Sequence record: NZ_CP011600.1 | Direction: 5' to 3' (one strand) | DNA length: 64,000 nt | From: a plasmid | In this document: one piece after another, positions 1 through 8,225 of the stretch | Layout of the letters: each line of letters starts with the position of its first letter | Numbering within the stretch: position 1 is the first letter of the stretch | Notes under the pieces: generated by a model | Databases searched by the model: none | The model's input: the letters and a program-made list of their open reading frames with translations, nothing else | Told to the model about the DNA's origin: nothing | Made by a program: the position numbers and the translations under genes

Positions 1-2
1 GT

Positions 3-176
3 GAAGTGATCTGGGAAATGCTATCCGCTAATGAAGAAGTCTCACAAGCGTCTGTCCTCTCCCGCCTCTGTATCCGTATGCTTGCAGAATGGGATGAGAA
101 AAGATGTTATGCCTATGTAACGGCGATACGTAAATTAAAATACGACCTCAATGTGAAACGGGTAAACCTTAATTAA
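3..176 (+). CDS. 3' end (57 codons) of an unidentified CDS entering from upstream of the window
   Basis: Frame open from window edge to TAA at 174-176. No domain recognisable from the fragment. Confidence 0.25.
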   Translation, partial: EVIWEMLSANEEVSQASVLSRLCIRMLAEWDEKRCYAYVTAIRKLKYDLNVKRVNLN

Positions 177-749
177 ATATATGCGCAACTGTTTACACTT
201 TGTGTAAAAAATGAAGCATGACAGCTTGTCGGGAAGGTGCCGGACAGGAATATCATATATTAAGGATAACCTCTGTTCCGACAGCGCAGGTTCGGCATAC
301 TCTGTACCAGCATGATGTCATTCATAAGCTGGCGTAATTCTGAAAATACCTGGTTTCACGAAAATTTCAGAATATCAGTCTGTCTGGCATGCAGCCCTGG
401 ATCATGACACATATTACAGGCACATTCCTATAGATAACATACAGGCTTCGTTTATTTTGTATTATGTAACGAAGATGCATTTGCATGCCCTCCTGCACAG
501 CCCGGATTTCTGTGCAGGAGGGTTCATTTTATGGCTTCCCGTTTCCGTATGTTCAGTACTCCCCATGGTCATAAAAAAAATTAAGGACAACCCTTATCAG
601 GATTACTTAAGCGTAACTGAACAAACTCCCTGAAAATTATAAGATGAGCAGATGAATCCGATGATGATCATGGACAAAGCCGTTTCTTCGGTATTGTTTA
701 TATTCGGGTCTGGACTGACAATACTGCAATAAACTCCGAGATAATAAAA

Positions 750-1718
750 ATGTTACCCGTAAATGATGCAAAACGTCTTCATTCACTTTATATGCTGGAT
801 CTGCCTGATAACCGGGAAGAGAAACGGTTTGATCGTCTGACCCGTGTTGCAAGGCGTTGCTTATCTGCACCTGTCGGGCTTATAAGCCTGATTGAAAAAG
901 ACAGGCCGGCGCTGATGTTCTGTTCTGGCCTCAACGAAAAAGATGCATCACAAGTCGTTTCTTTCTGCGACTGTGTCGTTCATTCGGAGGAAATGCTCGT
1001 TGTTGAAGATGCCAGTGCCGATGAACGCTTTAATGCTAACCTACTGGTGACAGGTGTTCCTTTTATTCGCTTTTACGCGGGATGCCCGCTGCGCCTCCCA
1101 GGTGGCGACATCGCCGGAACGTTGTGTGTGGTTGACACCAGACCCCGGATACCTGACGGGGAAGAATTAACCCTGCTTAAGGATATTGCTGCTCTGGTTG
1201 AGGAGGAGTTTTATATTATCAGTCTTGCCCTGACGGATGCGCTGACCGGCGTTCTTAACCGACGGGGTTTTTATAAAAAATGTGAACCCTGGATAACCCT
1301 CAAAAAAAAGCGTAAACAGGCTTTCTGCATAATTCTTTTTGACCTGGATAACCTTAAACCGGTTAATGACAAATACGGACACGTGGCAGGCGACCAGTTA
1401 CTGCAACAGTTTGCCGGGATACTCAGGCGGAGTACCGGACAGGGGGATATCCTTGCCCGTCTGGGCGGTGATGAATTTGTGGTACTCACCGACTGTTCAG
1501 ATATGCGGGAAATCATCCTGTTTACAGAAAAAATGAGTAATTTAACGAGTTTATATAACCAGAATAACGGAAGCAGTTTACCGTTAAGTTATTCATGGGG
1601 TGTCAGCATAAATACACCCGGTGATACAGTTCCGTTATCAGATATGCTGATTCAGAGCGATCGCAATATGTACGATAATAAAAGAGCAAAAAAATCAGTG
1701 AGCTTACCGGAAACTTAA
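750..1718 (+). CDS. GAF-GGDEF diguanylate cyclase
   Basis: 322 aa. C-terminal GGDEF signature RLGGDEFVV with upstream DxLT/NDxxGH-like motifs. N-terminal half resembles GAF. AT-rich promoter region upstream. Confidence 0.8.
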   Translation: MLPVNDAKRLHSLYMLDLPDNREEKRFDRLTRVARRCLSAPVGLISLIEKDRPALMFCSGLNEKDASQVVSFCDCVVHSEEMLVVEDASADERFNANLLVTGVPFIRFYAGCPLRLPGGDIAGTLCVVDTRPRIPDGEELTLLKDIAALVEEEFYIISLALTDALTGVLNRRGFYKKCEPWITLKKKRKQAFCIILFDLDNLKPVNDKYGHVAGDQLLQQFAGILRRSTGQGDILARLGGDEFVVLTDCSDMREIILFTEKMSNLTSLYNQNNGSSLPLSYSWGVSINTPGDTVPLSDMLIQSDRNMYDNKRAKKSVSLPET

Positions 1719-1877
1719 CGAATACTCCGGCATGACCCGGCCCGGTGATATTCTCTTAATACTTTTCACCGTATCCGTAAAAAAAAGAATGTTTTACCGG
1801 ATACCTTTCTGCCCCTGCTTACCGTGCTGATTACAGCTGCTGTACAGGGGCAGCCATGAGCAGGTACTGTTAACATT

Positions 1878-1898
1878 GGGGTCCGCTTGGAAAACGGA
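1878..1898 (+). repeat. Outer half of a 38-bp Tn3-family terminal IR (GGGGTCCGCTTGGAAAACGGA) split by IS5075 copy 1
   Basis: Inner half AAATATCCTACGTTAAG at 3226-3242. IS sits at the same position as in the five other Tn21-type IRs. Reconstructed IR GGGGTCCGCTTGGAAAACGGAAAATATCCTACGTTAAG is about 29/38 identical to the Tn21 IR (from memory). Confidence 0.55.
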
Positions 1899-3225
1899 AT
1901 CTATGGTCACTCCCGTTTTTGCAACACCGATTTTGACGACAAGTTGGCTTGCTTGAATCTATCCGGCGTCTGAATGGGATTTTATTCCCGCGCCTCGATG
2001 AGTTCCGCGCCTGATGAACCTCCAGAAAATATACGGCTTCAATGAGCCTTTCCGTTTTACAGGTTCCTCAACAGGCCGGTGGGCCGTTAGTATCATCAAT
2101 ATCAGTATTCGCAAAACCAGATGAATGATTGTTTAAACTGGTGTATTTCTGCCTTTATGCTTCGTAAGTTTGCTGTCGCGCCGTCAGTGCCCAGGCTATT
2201 CTGGCCAGCTTGTTTGCCAGAGCACAGGTGACGACAAAGTTGCTTTTCCGACACAACAACTCCCTGACCCAGTCGGCCAACTTGCCAGACTGGTGTTCCA
2301 GTTTTTGTATGAATACCCTGGCACACTGAACCAACAAAGTTCGGATCTTTTTGTTGCCCCGCTTGCTAATCCCTAACAATGTCGTCCGACCTCCCGTGCT
2401 GTACTGTCGGGGTACCAGCCCTGTTGCCGCCGCAAAGTCACGGCTGCTGGCGTACTGCTTCCCGTCGCCAATCTCAGTTGAAATAGTACTGGCAGTCAGC
2501 GTTCCAACGCAGGGAATACTCAGCAAGCGCTGTCCAACCTCATCTTCGTCCAACTTTCGTTTCAACTGAGATTCCAGATCTTTAATCTGCTCAACAAGAT
2601 AGTGATAATGCTGTTGTAATTTCAGCAGTAACTGGCTGAGATAAAGAGGCAAACTACTGTCCTCAAGAAGGGTACTCAGTCGACTAATAACGGCAGCACC
2701 TCGCGGAACGCTGATACCAAATTCCAGCAGAAAAGCATGCATCTGATTAGTTGTTTTCACCTTATCCTGAACCAGGGATTCACGGACACGATGCAGAGCT
2801 CGCATTGCCTGCTGAGATTCGGTTCTGGGCTGCACGAAACGCATAGATGGACGTGATGCTGCTTCACAGATAGCTTCAGCATCAACGAAGTCATTTTTGT
2901 TGCTTTTAACGAATGGGCGGACAAATTGCGGTGATATCAGCTTTGGAAAATGCCCTAACTCTGCCAGCTTGCGTGCCATAAAGTGAGAACCGCCACAGGC
3001 TTCCATCGCGATGGTTGTTGCCGGGCATGTCGCCAGAAATTCGATTAGCTTTGGTCGGGTGAATTTTTTACGGTAAACGGCCTTCCCACGATGATCCTGA
3101 CAATGAATATGGAAAGAGTTCTTACCCAGATCGATACCAATAAGCGCAATGTTTTCCATGATGGTTCTCCGAATGAAAGCCTGTCCTCAGCATAGTACTG
3201 GGAAGGAGGGAGTGACCATCTCATT
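1899..3225 (-). mobile_element. IS4321/IS5075-like IS110-family insertion sequence, copy 1 (1327 bp)
   Basis: Junctions shared by all six copies: ...AAAACGGA|ATCTATGGTCACTCCCG...GGAGTGACCATCTCATT|AAAT.... No target duplication. Inserted inside a 38-bp Tn3-family IR. Confidence 0.85.
2155..3159 (-). CDS. IS110-family transposase (IS5075/IS4321 type, 334 aa)
   Basis: Identical 334-aa ORF (MENIALIGIDLGKNSFHIH...) present six times in the window. DEDD-type IS110 transposase layout. Confidence 0.9.
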   Translation of the reverse strand: MENIALIGIDLGKNSFHIHCQDHRGKAVYRKKFTRPKLIEFLATCPATTIAMEACGGSHFMARKLAELGHFPKLISPQFVRPFVKSNKNDFVDAEAICEAASRPSMRFVQPRTESQQAMRALHRVRESLVQDKVKTTNQMHAFLLEFGISVPRGAAVISRLSTLLEDSSLPLYLSQLLLKLQQHYHYLVEQIKDLESQLKRKLDEDEVGQRLLSIPCVGTLTASTISTEIGDGKQYASSRDFAAATGLVPRQYSTGGRTTLLGISKRGNKKIRTLLVQCARVFIQKLEHQSGKLADWVRELLCRKSNFVVTCALANKLARIAWALTARQQTYEA

Positions 3226-3333
3226 AAATATCCTACGTTAAGCCTGTTTCTTTAGCTGGCATTACAAAAAGCGAGCGTCTGCATGGTATAGACAGACACC
3301 CGAATACGATAAAAATGAGACGAAAAAAACAGG

Positions 3334-3759
3334 TTACTTAACCCGCTTCCCCGTTTCGTCAATGACCTTTTCGCCGTCCTCTTTGGTAAACGCTCCTTTC
3401 TGACCTTCAGGTAGAATATCCAGCACTATTTCTGAAGGGCGGCAAAGACGAGTGCCAAGCGGCGTAACGACTACCGGCCGATTAATCAGGATCGGATGTT
3501 GAAGCATAAAATCAATCAACTGCTCATCACTGAATTTCTCTTCATCAAGGCCCAGGCGTTCATAAGGCTCAACATTCTTACGCAGTAATGCACGCACCGT
3601 AATTCCCATATCTGAAATAAGTTTAATCAGCTCATCACGTGTCGGTGGCGTATCGAGGTAATAAATTATCGTCGGTTCGTTGCCGCTGTTACGTATCATC
3701 TCCAGCGTGTTGCGTGAAGTGCCGCAGGCAGGGTTGTGATAGATGGTAATGTTGCTCAT
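3334..3759 (-). CDS. arsC: Arsenate reductase ArsC (glutaredoxin-coupled type)
   Basis: 141 aa, near-identical in pattern to R773/E. coli ArsC (MSNITIYHNPACGTSRNTLEMIR..., catalytic Cys12). Confidence 0.9.
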   Translation of the reverse strand: MSNITIYHNPACGTSRNTLEMIRNSGNEPTIIYYLDTPPTRDELIKLISDMGITVRALLRKNVEPYERLGLDEEKFSDEQLIDFMLQHPILINRPVVVTPLGTRLCRPSEIVLDILPEGQKGAFTKEDGEKVIDETGKRVK

Positions 3760-3771
3760 ATCTGTATCTCA

Positions 3772-5061
3772 TTACAAAGTGATGGAGAGCCGCAACGCCA
3801 GCGCGGCCAGAGTGACAAACAGCACGGGCAGAGTCATGATAATGCCGGTGCGGAAGTAATAACCCCAGGTAATCGTTATATTTTTCCGGGCAAGAACATG
3901 CAGCCAAAGCAGGGTTGCCAGACTGCCAATCGGGGTGATTTTCGGGCCTAAATCGCAGCCAATCACGTTGGCATAAATCATTGCCTCTTTGACGACGCCA
4001 GTCGCCGTACTCCCGTCAATCGACAGCGCGCCAATCAGCACCGTCGGCATATTATTCATTACCGACGACAGGAACGCGGTCAGGAAGCCGGTGCCGAACG
4101 TTGCTGCCCATAACCCCTTTTCTGCCAGCAGGTTCAGTACACCAGACAGATACTCCGTGAGCCCGGCATTGCGCAGGCCATAGACCACCAGGTACATGCC
4201 CAGCGAAAAAATCACGATCTGCCATGGCGCACTGCGCAGGACTTTCCCTGTGTTGATGCCATGACCTCTTTTCGCCACGATAAACAGTACTGCTGCGCCA
4301 GCAGCTGCTATCGCGCTGACAGGGATCCCCAGCGGCTCCAGAACGAAGAAACCGACAAGCAGCAATAACAGGACAATCCAGCCCGCCCTGAACGTTGCCG
4401 CATCCTTTATCACACTGGCAGGCGTCTTCAGCAGCGAAACGTCATACGTTGCCGGAATATCCCTGCGGAAGAAGAGATGCAGCATGATCAGCGTGGCCGC
4501 AATCGCTGCCGCATCCACGGGGATCATAACGGAGGCGTACTGCGTAAAGCCCAGATCGAAGAAGTCCGCCGAGACGATATTCACCAGGTTAGAAACAATG
4601 AGTGGCAGGCTGGCCGTATCTGCAATAAATCCTGCAGCCATGACAAAGGCCAGTGTCGTGCCCTGGCTGAACCCCAGTGCGAGCAGCATCGCAATCACAA
4701 TCGGCGTCAGGATCAGCGCGGCGCCATCATTGGCGAACAAAGCAGCAACAGCGGCACCGAGCAAGACTATCCAGGTGAACAGCAGGCGGCCACGTCCGTT
4801 ACCCCAGCGGGAGACGTGCAGTGCGGCCCATTCAAAGAAGCCGGACTCATCGAGCAGCAGGCTGATGATGATGACCGCAATAAATGCCGCTGTCGCGTTC
4901 CAGACGATATTCCAGACAACGGGAATATCAGCGATATGAATGACACCGGTTCCCAGCGCCAGCACAGCCCCGATACTCGCGCTCCAGCCAATACTCAGGC
5001 CTCTGGGTTGCCAGATCACCAGTACCAGCGTCAGTAAAAATATACTCCCTGCCAAAAGCAT
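3772..5061 (-). CDS. arsB: Arsenite efflux permease ArsB
   Basis: 429 aa from [10 protein letters not shown].... Colinear with E. coli ArsB throughout. The tabulated ORF carries a spurious 57-aa N-terminal extension. Confidence 0.9.
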   Translation of the reverse strand: MLLAGSIFLLTLVLVIWQPRGLSIGWSASIGAVLALGTGVIHIADIPVVWNIVWNATAAFIAVIIISLLLDESGFFEWAALHVSRWGNGRGRLLFTWIVLLGAAVAALFANDGAALILTPIVIAMLLALGFSQGTTLAFVMAAGFIADTASLPLIVSNLVNIVSADFFDLGFTQYASVMIPVDAAAIAATLIMLHLFFRRDIPATYDVSLLKTPASVIKDAATFRAGWIVLLLLLVGFFVLEPLGIPVSAIAAAGAAVLFIVAKRGHGINTGKVLRSAPWQIVIFSLGMYLVVYGLRNAGLTEYLSGVLNLLAEKGLWAATFGTGFLTAFLSSVMNNMPTVLIGALSIDGSTATGVVKEAMIYANVIGCDLGPKITPIGSLATLLWLHVLARKNITITWGYYFRTGIIMTLPVLFVTLAALALRLSITL

Positions 5062-5105
5062 CTCAGACCCCATCATATATGATTTTGTAAATATGTTTTC
5101 CTGCC

Positions 5106-5426
5106 TCAGCAGGAGGTGCAGGCTGATTTGTCCAGCCATCCACGTACATCCTCGCGCAGACACTGCCAGGTCGTCGTGATTGTCTCTGCTGCCCACGCCG
5201 GAATATGGGGTGACAGACGATAGTGGATCCATTTGCCTTCCCGACGGTCAAGAACCAGATCAGCCTCGCGAAGGATAGCCATATGTCGCGAAATTTTGGG
5301 CTGCGATTCGGAGGTGGCAACGCAGATATCGCAGACGCACAATTCTCCGGACTCCCGGAGAAGCATGACGATGGCTAGCCGTGTTTCATCCGACAGGATT
5401 TTGAAAAGCTGAACAGGTTGTAGCAT
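5106..5426 (-). CDS. arsR: ArsR/SmtB-family arsenite-responsive repressor
   Basis: 106 aa with ELCVCDIC metalloid-binding motif and HTH. Confidence 0.85.
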   Translation of the reverse strand: MLQPVQLFKILSDETRLAIVMLLRESGELCVCDICVATSESQPKISRHMAILREADLVLDRREGKWIHYRLSPHIPAWAAETITTTWQCLREDVRGWLDKSACTSC

Positions 5427-5511
5427 TTTTCACTCCGTTCCCTTTAGAATACACATATGTTAGATCATATGTATTAACTTTAAAATCACCTGTTCTCTCC
5501 GGAGGAGAAAA
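5427..5511. promoter_or_regulatory. Divergent arsR / arsH promoter region with CATATG-N7-CATATG dyad (candidate ArsR operator)
   Basis: acaCATATGttagatCATATGtatt lies between the two divergent start codons. Operator assignment is inference. Confidence 0.3.
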
Positions 5512-6210
5512 ATGGAACAATTTCCAGCCCTGAATACTGACTGTTTTGATCAACATATTGCCGAACGTCTGCACCTGCAGGAGCCCCCACGGATTCTGAT
5601 CCTGTATGGCTCAGTAAGGGAGCGCTCCTACAGTCGCTTTGCCGCGGAGGAAGCAGGTCGCCTGCTGACGGCGATGGGCGCGGAGGTGAAATTCTTTAAC
5701 CCCTCCGGTTTACCCCTGCCGGATGATGCCCCGGATACGCACCCTAAAGTCTCCGAGCTACGCGGGCTGGTCAGATGGTGTGACGGGATGGTGTGGAGCT
5801 CGCCGGAACGGCACGGGGCTATGAGCGCGGTGATGAAGGCGCAGATCGACTGGATACCGTTGAGTGAAGGCGCGGTTCGTCCTTCGCAGGGCAAGACACT
5901 TGCAGTGATGCAGGTTTGCGGCGGTTCGCAGTCCTTCAATGCCGTGAACCAGATGCGCATTCTGGGCCGCTGGATGCGGATGTTCACAATTCCCAACCAG
6001 TCCTCGGTGGCGAAAGCCTGGCAGGAATTTGATGAGAACGGAAGGATGAAGCCGTCCTCATGGTACGACCGTATCGTAGATGTCGCAGAGGAGTTGTTTA
6101 AAATTACGTTGCTGCTCAGGGGACAAACCAGCTACCTTGCAGATCGCTACAGCGAACGAAAAGAGAGTCATCAGGAACTTTCGTACCGCGTCAATCAGGA
6201 AAAAATATAA
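5512..6210 (+). CDS. arsH: ArsH NADPH-dependent FMN reductase
   Basis: 232 aa. Flavodoxin-like fold signature ([15 protein letters not shown]...). Divergent from arsRBC as in arsHRBC clusters. Confidence 0.85.
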   Translation: MEQFPALNTDCFDQHIAERLHLQEPPRILILYGSVRERSYSRFAAEEAGRLLTAMGAEVKFFNPSGLPLPDDAPDTHPKVSELRGLVRWCDGMVWSSPERHGAMSAVMKAQIDWIPLSEGAVRPSQGKTLAVMQVCGGSQSFNAVNQMRILGRWMRMFTIPNQSSVAKAWQEFDENGRMKPSSWYDRIVDVAEELFKITLLLRGQTSYLADRYSERKESHQELSYRVNQEKI

Positions 6211-6293
6211 CGCCTTCTGATCGTATAAATACACACCATGAGCGTTTTCACAAAGTCTCCTTCTGCCAGGCAGCGGATAATCTTACATGTGTC

Positions 6294-6313
6294 TGTCGTT
6301 TTCAGAAGACGGC
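6294..6313 (+). repeat. 20-bp fragment matching the terminal IR of Tn402/class-1-integron-type elements (TGTCGTTTTCAGAAGACGGC)
   Basis: Exact 20/20 match to the 25-bp Tn402-family IR start as I recall it. Diverges afterwards. Lies 14 bp outside the pbr-transposon IR. Confidence 0.45.
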
Positions 6314-6348
6314 AGACCGGACTAAAAGGGGTCGCCTCAGAAAACGGA

Positions 6349-7675
6349 ATCTATGGTCACTCCCGTTTTTGCAACACCGATTTTGACGACAAGTTGGCTT
6401 GCTTGAATCTATCCGGCGTCTGAATGGGATTTTATTCCCGCGCCTCGATGAGTTCCGCGCCTGATGAACCTCCAGAAAATATACGGCTTCAATGAGCCTT
6501 TCCGTTTTACAGGTTCCTCAACAGGCCGGTGGGCCGTTAGTATCATCAATATCAGTATTCGCAAAACCAGATGAATGATTGTTTAAACTGGTGTATTTCT
6601 GCCTTTATGCTTCGTAAGTTTGCTGTCGCGCCGTCAGTGCCCAGGCTATTCTGGCCAGCTTGTTTGCCAGAGCACAGGTGACGACAAAGTTGCTTTTCCG
6701 ACACAACAACTCCCTGACCCAGTCGGCCAACTTGCCAGACTGGTGTTCCAGTTTTTGTATGAATACCCTGGCACACTGAACCAACAAAGTTCGGATCTTT
6801 TTGTTGCCCCGCTTGCTAATCCCTAACAATGTCGTCCGACCTCCCGTGCTGTACTGTCGGGGTACCAGCCCTGTTGCCGCCGCAAAGTCACGGCTGCTGG
6901 CGTACTGCTTCCCGTCGCCAATCTCAGTTGAAATAGTACTGGCAGTCAGCGTTCCAACGCAGGGAATACTCAGCAAGCGCTGTCCAACCTCATCTTCGTC
7001 CAACTTTCGTTTCAACTGAGATTCCAGATCTTTAATCTGCTCAACAAGATAGTGATAATGCTGTTGTAATTTCAGCAGTAACTGGCTGAGATAAAGAGGC
7101 AAACTACTGTCCTCAAGAAGGGTACTCAGTCGACTAATAACGGCAGCACCTCGCGGAACGCTGATACCAAATTCCAGCAGAAAAGCATGCATCTGATTAG
7201 TTGTTTTCACCTTATCCTGAACCAGGGATTCACGGACACGATGCAGAGCTCGCATTGCCTGCTGAGATTCGGTTCTGGGCTGCACGAAACGCATAGATGG
7301 ACGTGATGCTGCTTCACAGATAGCTTCAGCATCAACGAAGTCATTTTTGTTGCTTTTAACGAATGGGCGGACAAATTGCGGTGATATCAGCTTTGGAAAA
7401 TGCCCTAACTCTGCCAGCTTGCGTGCCATAAAGTGAGAACCGCCACAGGCTTCCATCGCGATGGTTGTTGCCGGGCATGTCGCCAGAAATTCGATTAGCT
7501 TTGGTCGGGTGAATTTTTTACGGTAAACGGCCTTCCCACGATGATCCTGACAATGAATATGGAAAGAGTTCTTACCCAGATCGATACCAATAAGCGCAAT
7601 GTTTTCCATGATGGTTCTCCGAATGAAAGCCTGTCCTCAGCATAGTACTGGGAAGGAGGGAGTGACCATCTCATT
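6349..7675 (-). mobile_element. IS4321/IS5075-like IS, copy 2, inside the left IR of the pbr transposon
   Basis: Outer IR half GGGGTCGCCTCAGAAAACGGA at 6328-6348. Inner half AAATAAAGCACGCTAAG at 7676-7692. Confidence 0.85.
6605..7609 (-). CDS. IS110-family transposase (IS5075 type)
   Basis: Identical to the 2155-3159 ORF. Confidence 0.9.
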   Translation of the reverse strand: MENIALIGIDLGKNSFHIHCQDHRGKAVYRKKFTRPKLIEFLATCPATTIAMEACGGSHFMARKLAELGHFPKLISPQFVRPFVKSNKNDFVDAEAICEAASRPSMRFVQPRTESQQAMRALHRVRESLVQDKVKTTNQMHAFLLEFGISVPRGAAVISRLSTLLEDSSLPLYLSQLLLKLQQHYHYLVEQIKDLESQLKRKLDEDEVGQRLLSIPCVGTLTASTISTEIGDGKQYASSRDFAAATGLVPRQYSTGGRTTLLGISKRGNKKIRTLLVQCARVFIQKLEHQSGKLADWVRELLCRKSNFVVTCALANKLARIAWALTARQQTYEA

Positions 7676-7699
7676 AAATAAAGCACGCTAAGCCCTTAC

Positions 7700-8140
7700 T
7701 TACCCAGATGTTTGACTGTTCGTGGCACTTTCACCATGGCAATTGCAATTGCCCAACCCTTGCAAAATGCCGCACGCCTCTACAGATCGAGAGCCAGAAC
7801 ACTTCTCGCGCAAATCAACCAAGTGCCGTTTTAACTGCAACAGCGCGGACACACGCATTTCCACCTGTTGAATATGGGCCTCCAGCAGCGTGATGACCTC
7901 CCCACAGTCCTGCATCGGGTTGTCTCGCAGACCCAGCAATGCGCGAATCTCGCTCAACGTCATGTCGAGCGAACGGCAATGACGGATGAATTGCAAGCGC
8001 TCAATGTGCGCCTCACCGTACAACCGAAAGTTGCCACCGCTTCGCGCTGGCTTTGGCAGTAGCCCTTCCTTCTCGTAGTAGCGGATGGTCACGACCTCGC
8101 ACCCAGAGCGCTTGGCGAGGTCGCCAATTCTGATTTCCAT
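7700..8140 (-). CDS. pbrR: MerR-family metal-responsive regulator (PbrR/CadR-like)
   Basis: 146 aa. N-terminal MerR HTH (IGDLAKRSGCEVVTIRYYEKEGLL). C-terminal Cys cluster. Divergent from a P1B-ATPase, with a 19-bp-spacer promoter between them. Confidence 0.8.
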   Translation of the reverse strand: MEIRIGDLAKRSGCEVVTIRYYEKEGLLPKPARSGGNFRLYGEAHIERLQFIRHCRSLDMTLSEIRALLGLRDNPMQDCGEVITLLEAHIQQVEMRVSALLQLKRHLVDLREKCSGSRSVEACGILQGLGNCNCHGESATNSQTSG

Positions 8141-8161
8141 GCATCAATCTCCAATTATCAC

Positions 8162-8192
8162 TTGACTCTATAGTGACTATAGAGATTTTAAT
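8162..8192 (+). promoter_or_regulatory. MerR-type promoter: TTGACT, then 19-bp spacer containing dyad CTCTATAGTGACTATAGAG, then TTTAAT
   Basis: Over-long 19-bp spacer with a perfect 9-1-9 palindrome between the -35 and -10 elements. Hallmark of MerR-family distortion promoters. Confidence 0.7.
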
Positions 8193-8225
8193 GGAGGCTG
8201 AATAGAAGATTTTCAGGAGTTACTC

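Noticed and set aside
2102-2569. Small ORFs of 68, 72 and 74 aa inside IS5075, repeated in every copy
   Set aside because: They overlap the transposase on the other strand, have no motifs, and are just repeated because the IS is repeated.
3689-5037. ORFs overlapping arsB on either strand (72, 71, 186, 151 aa)
   Set aside because: Embedded in a well-supported membrane-protein gene. Low-complexity translations.
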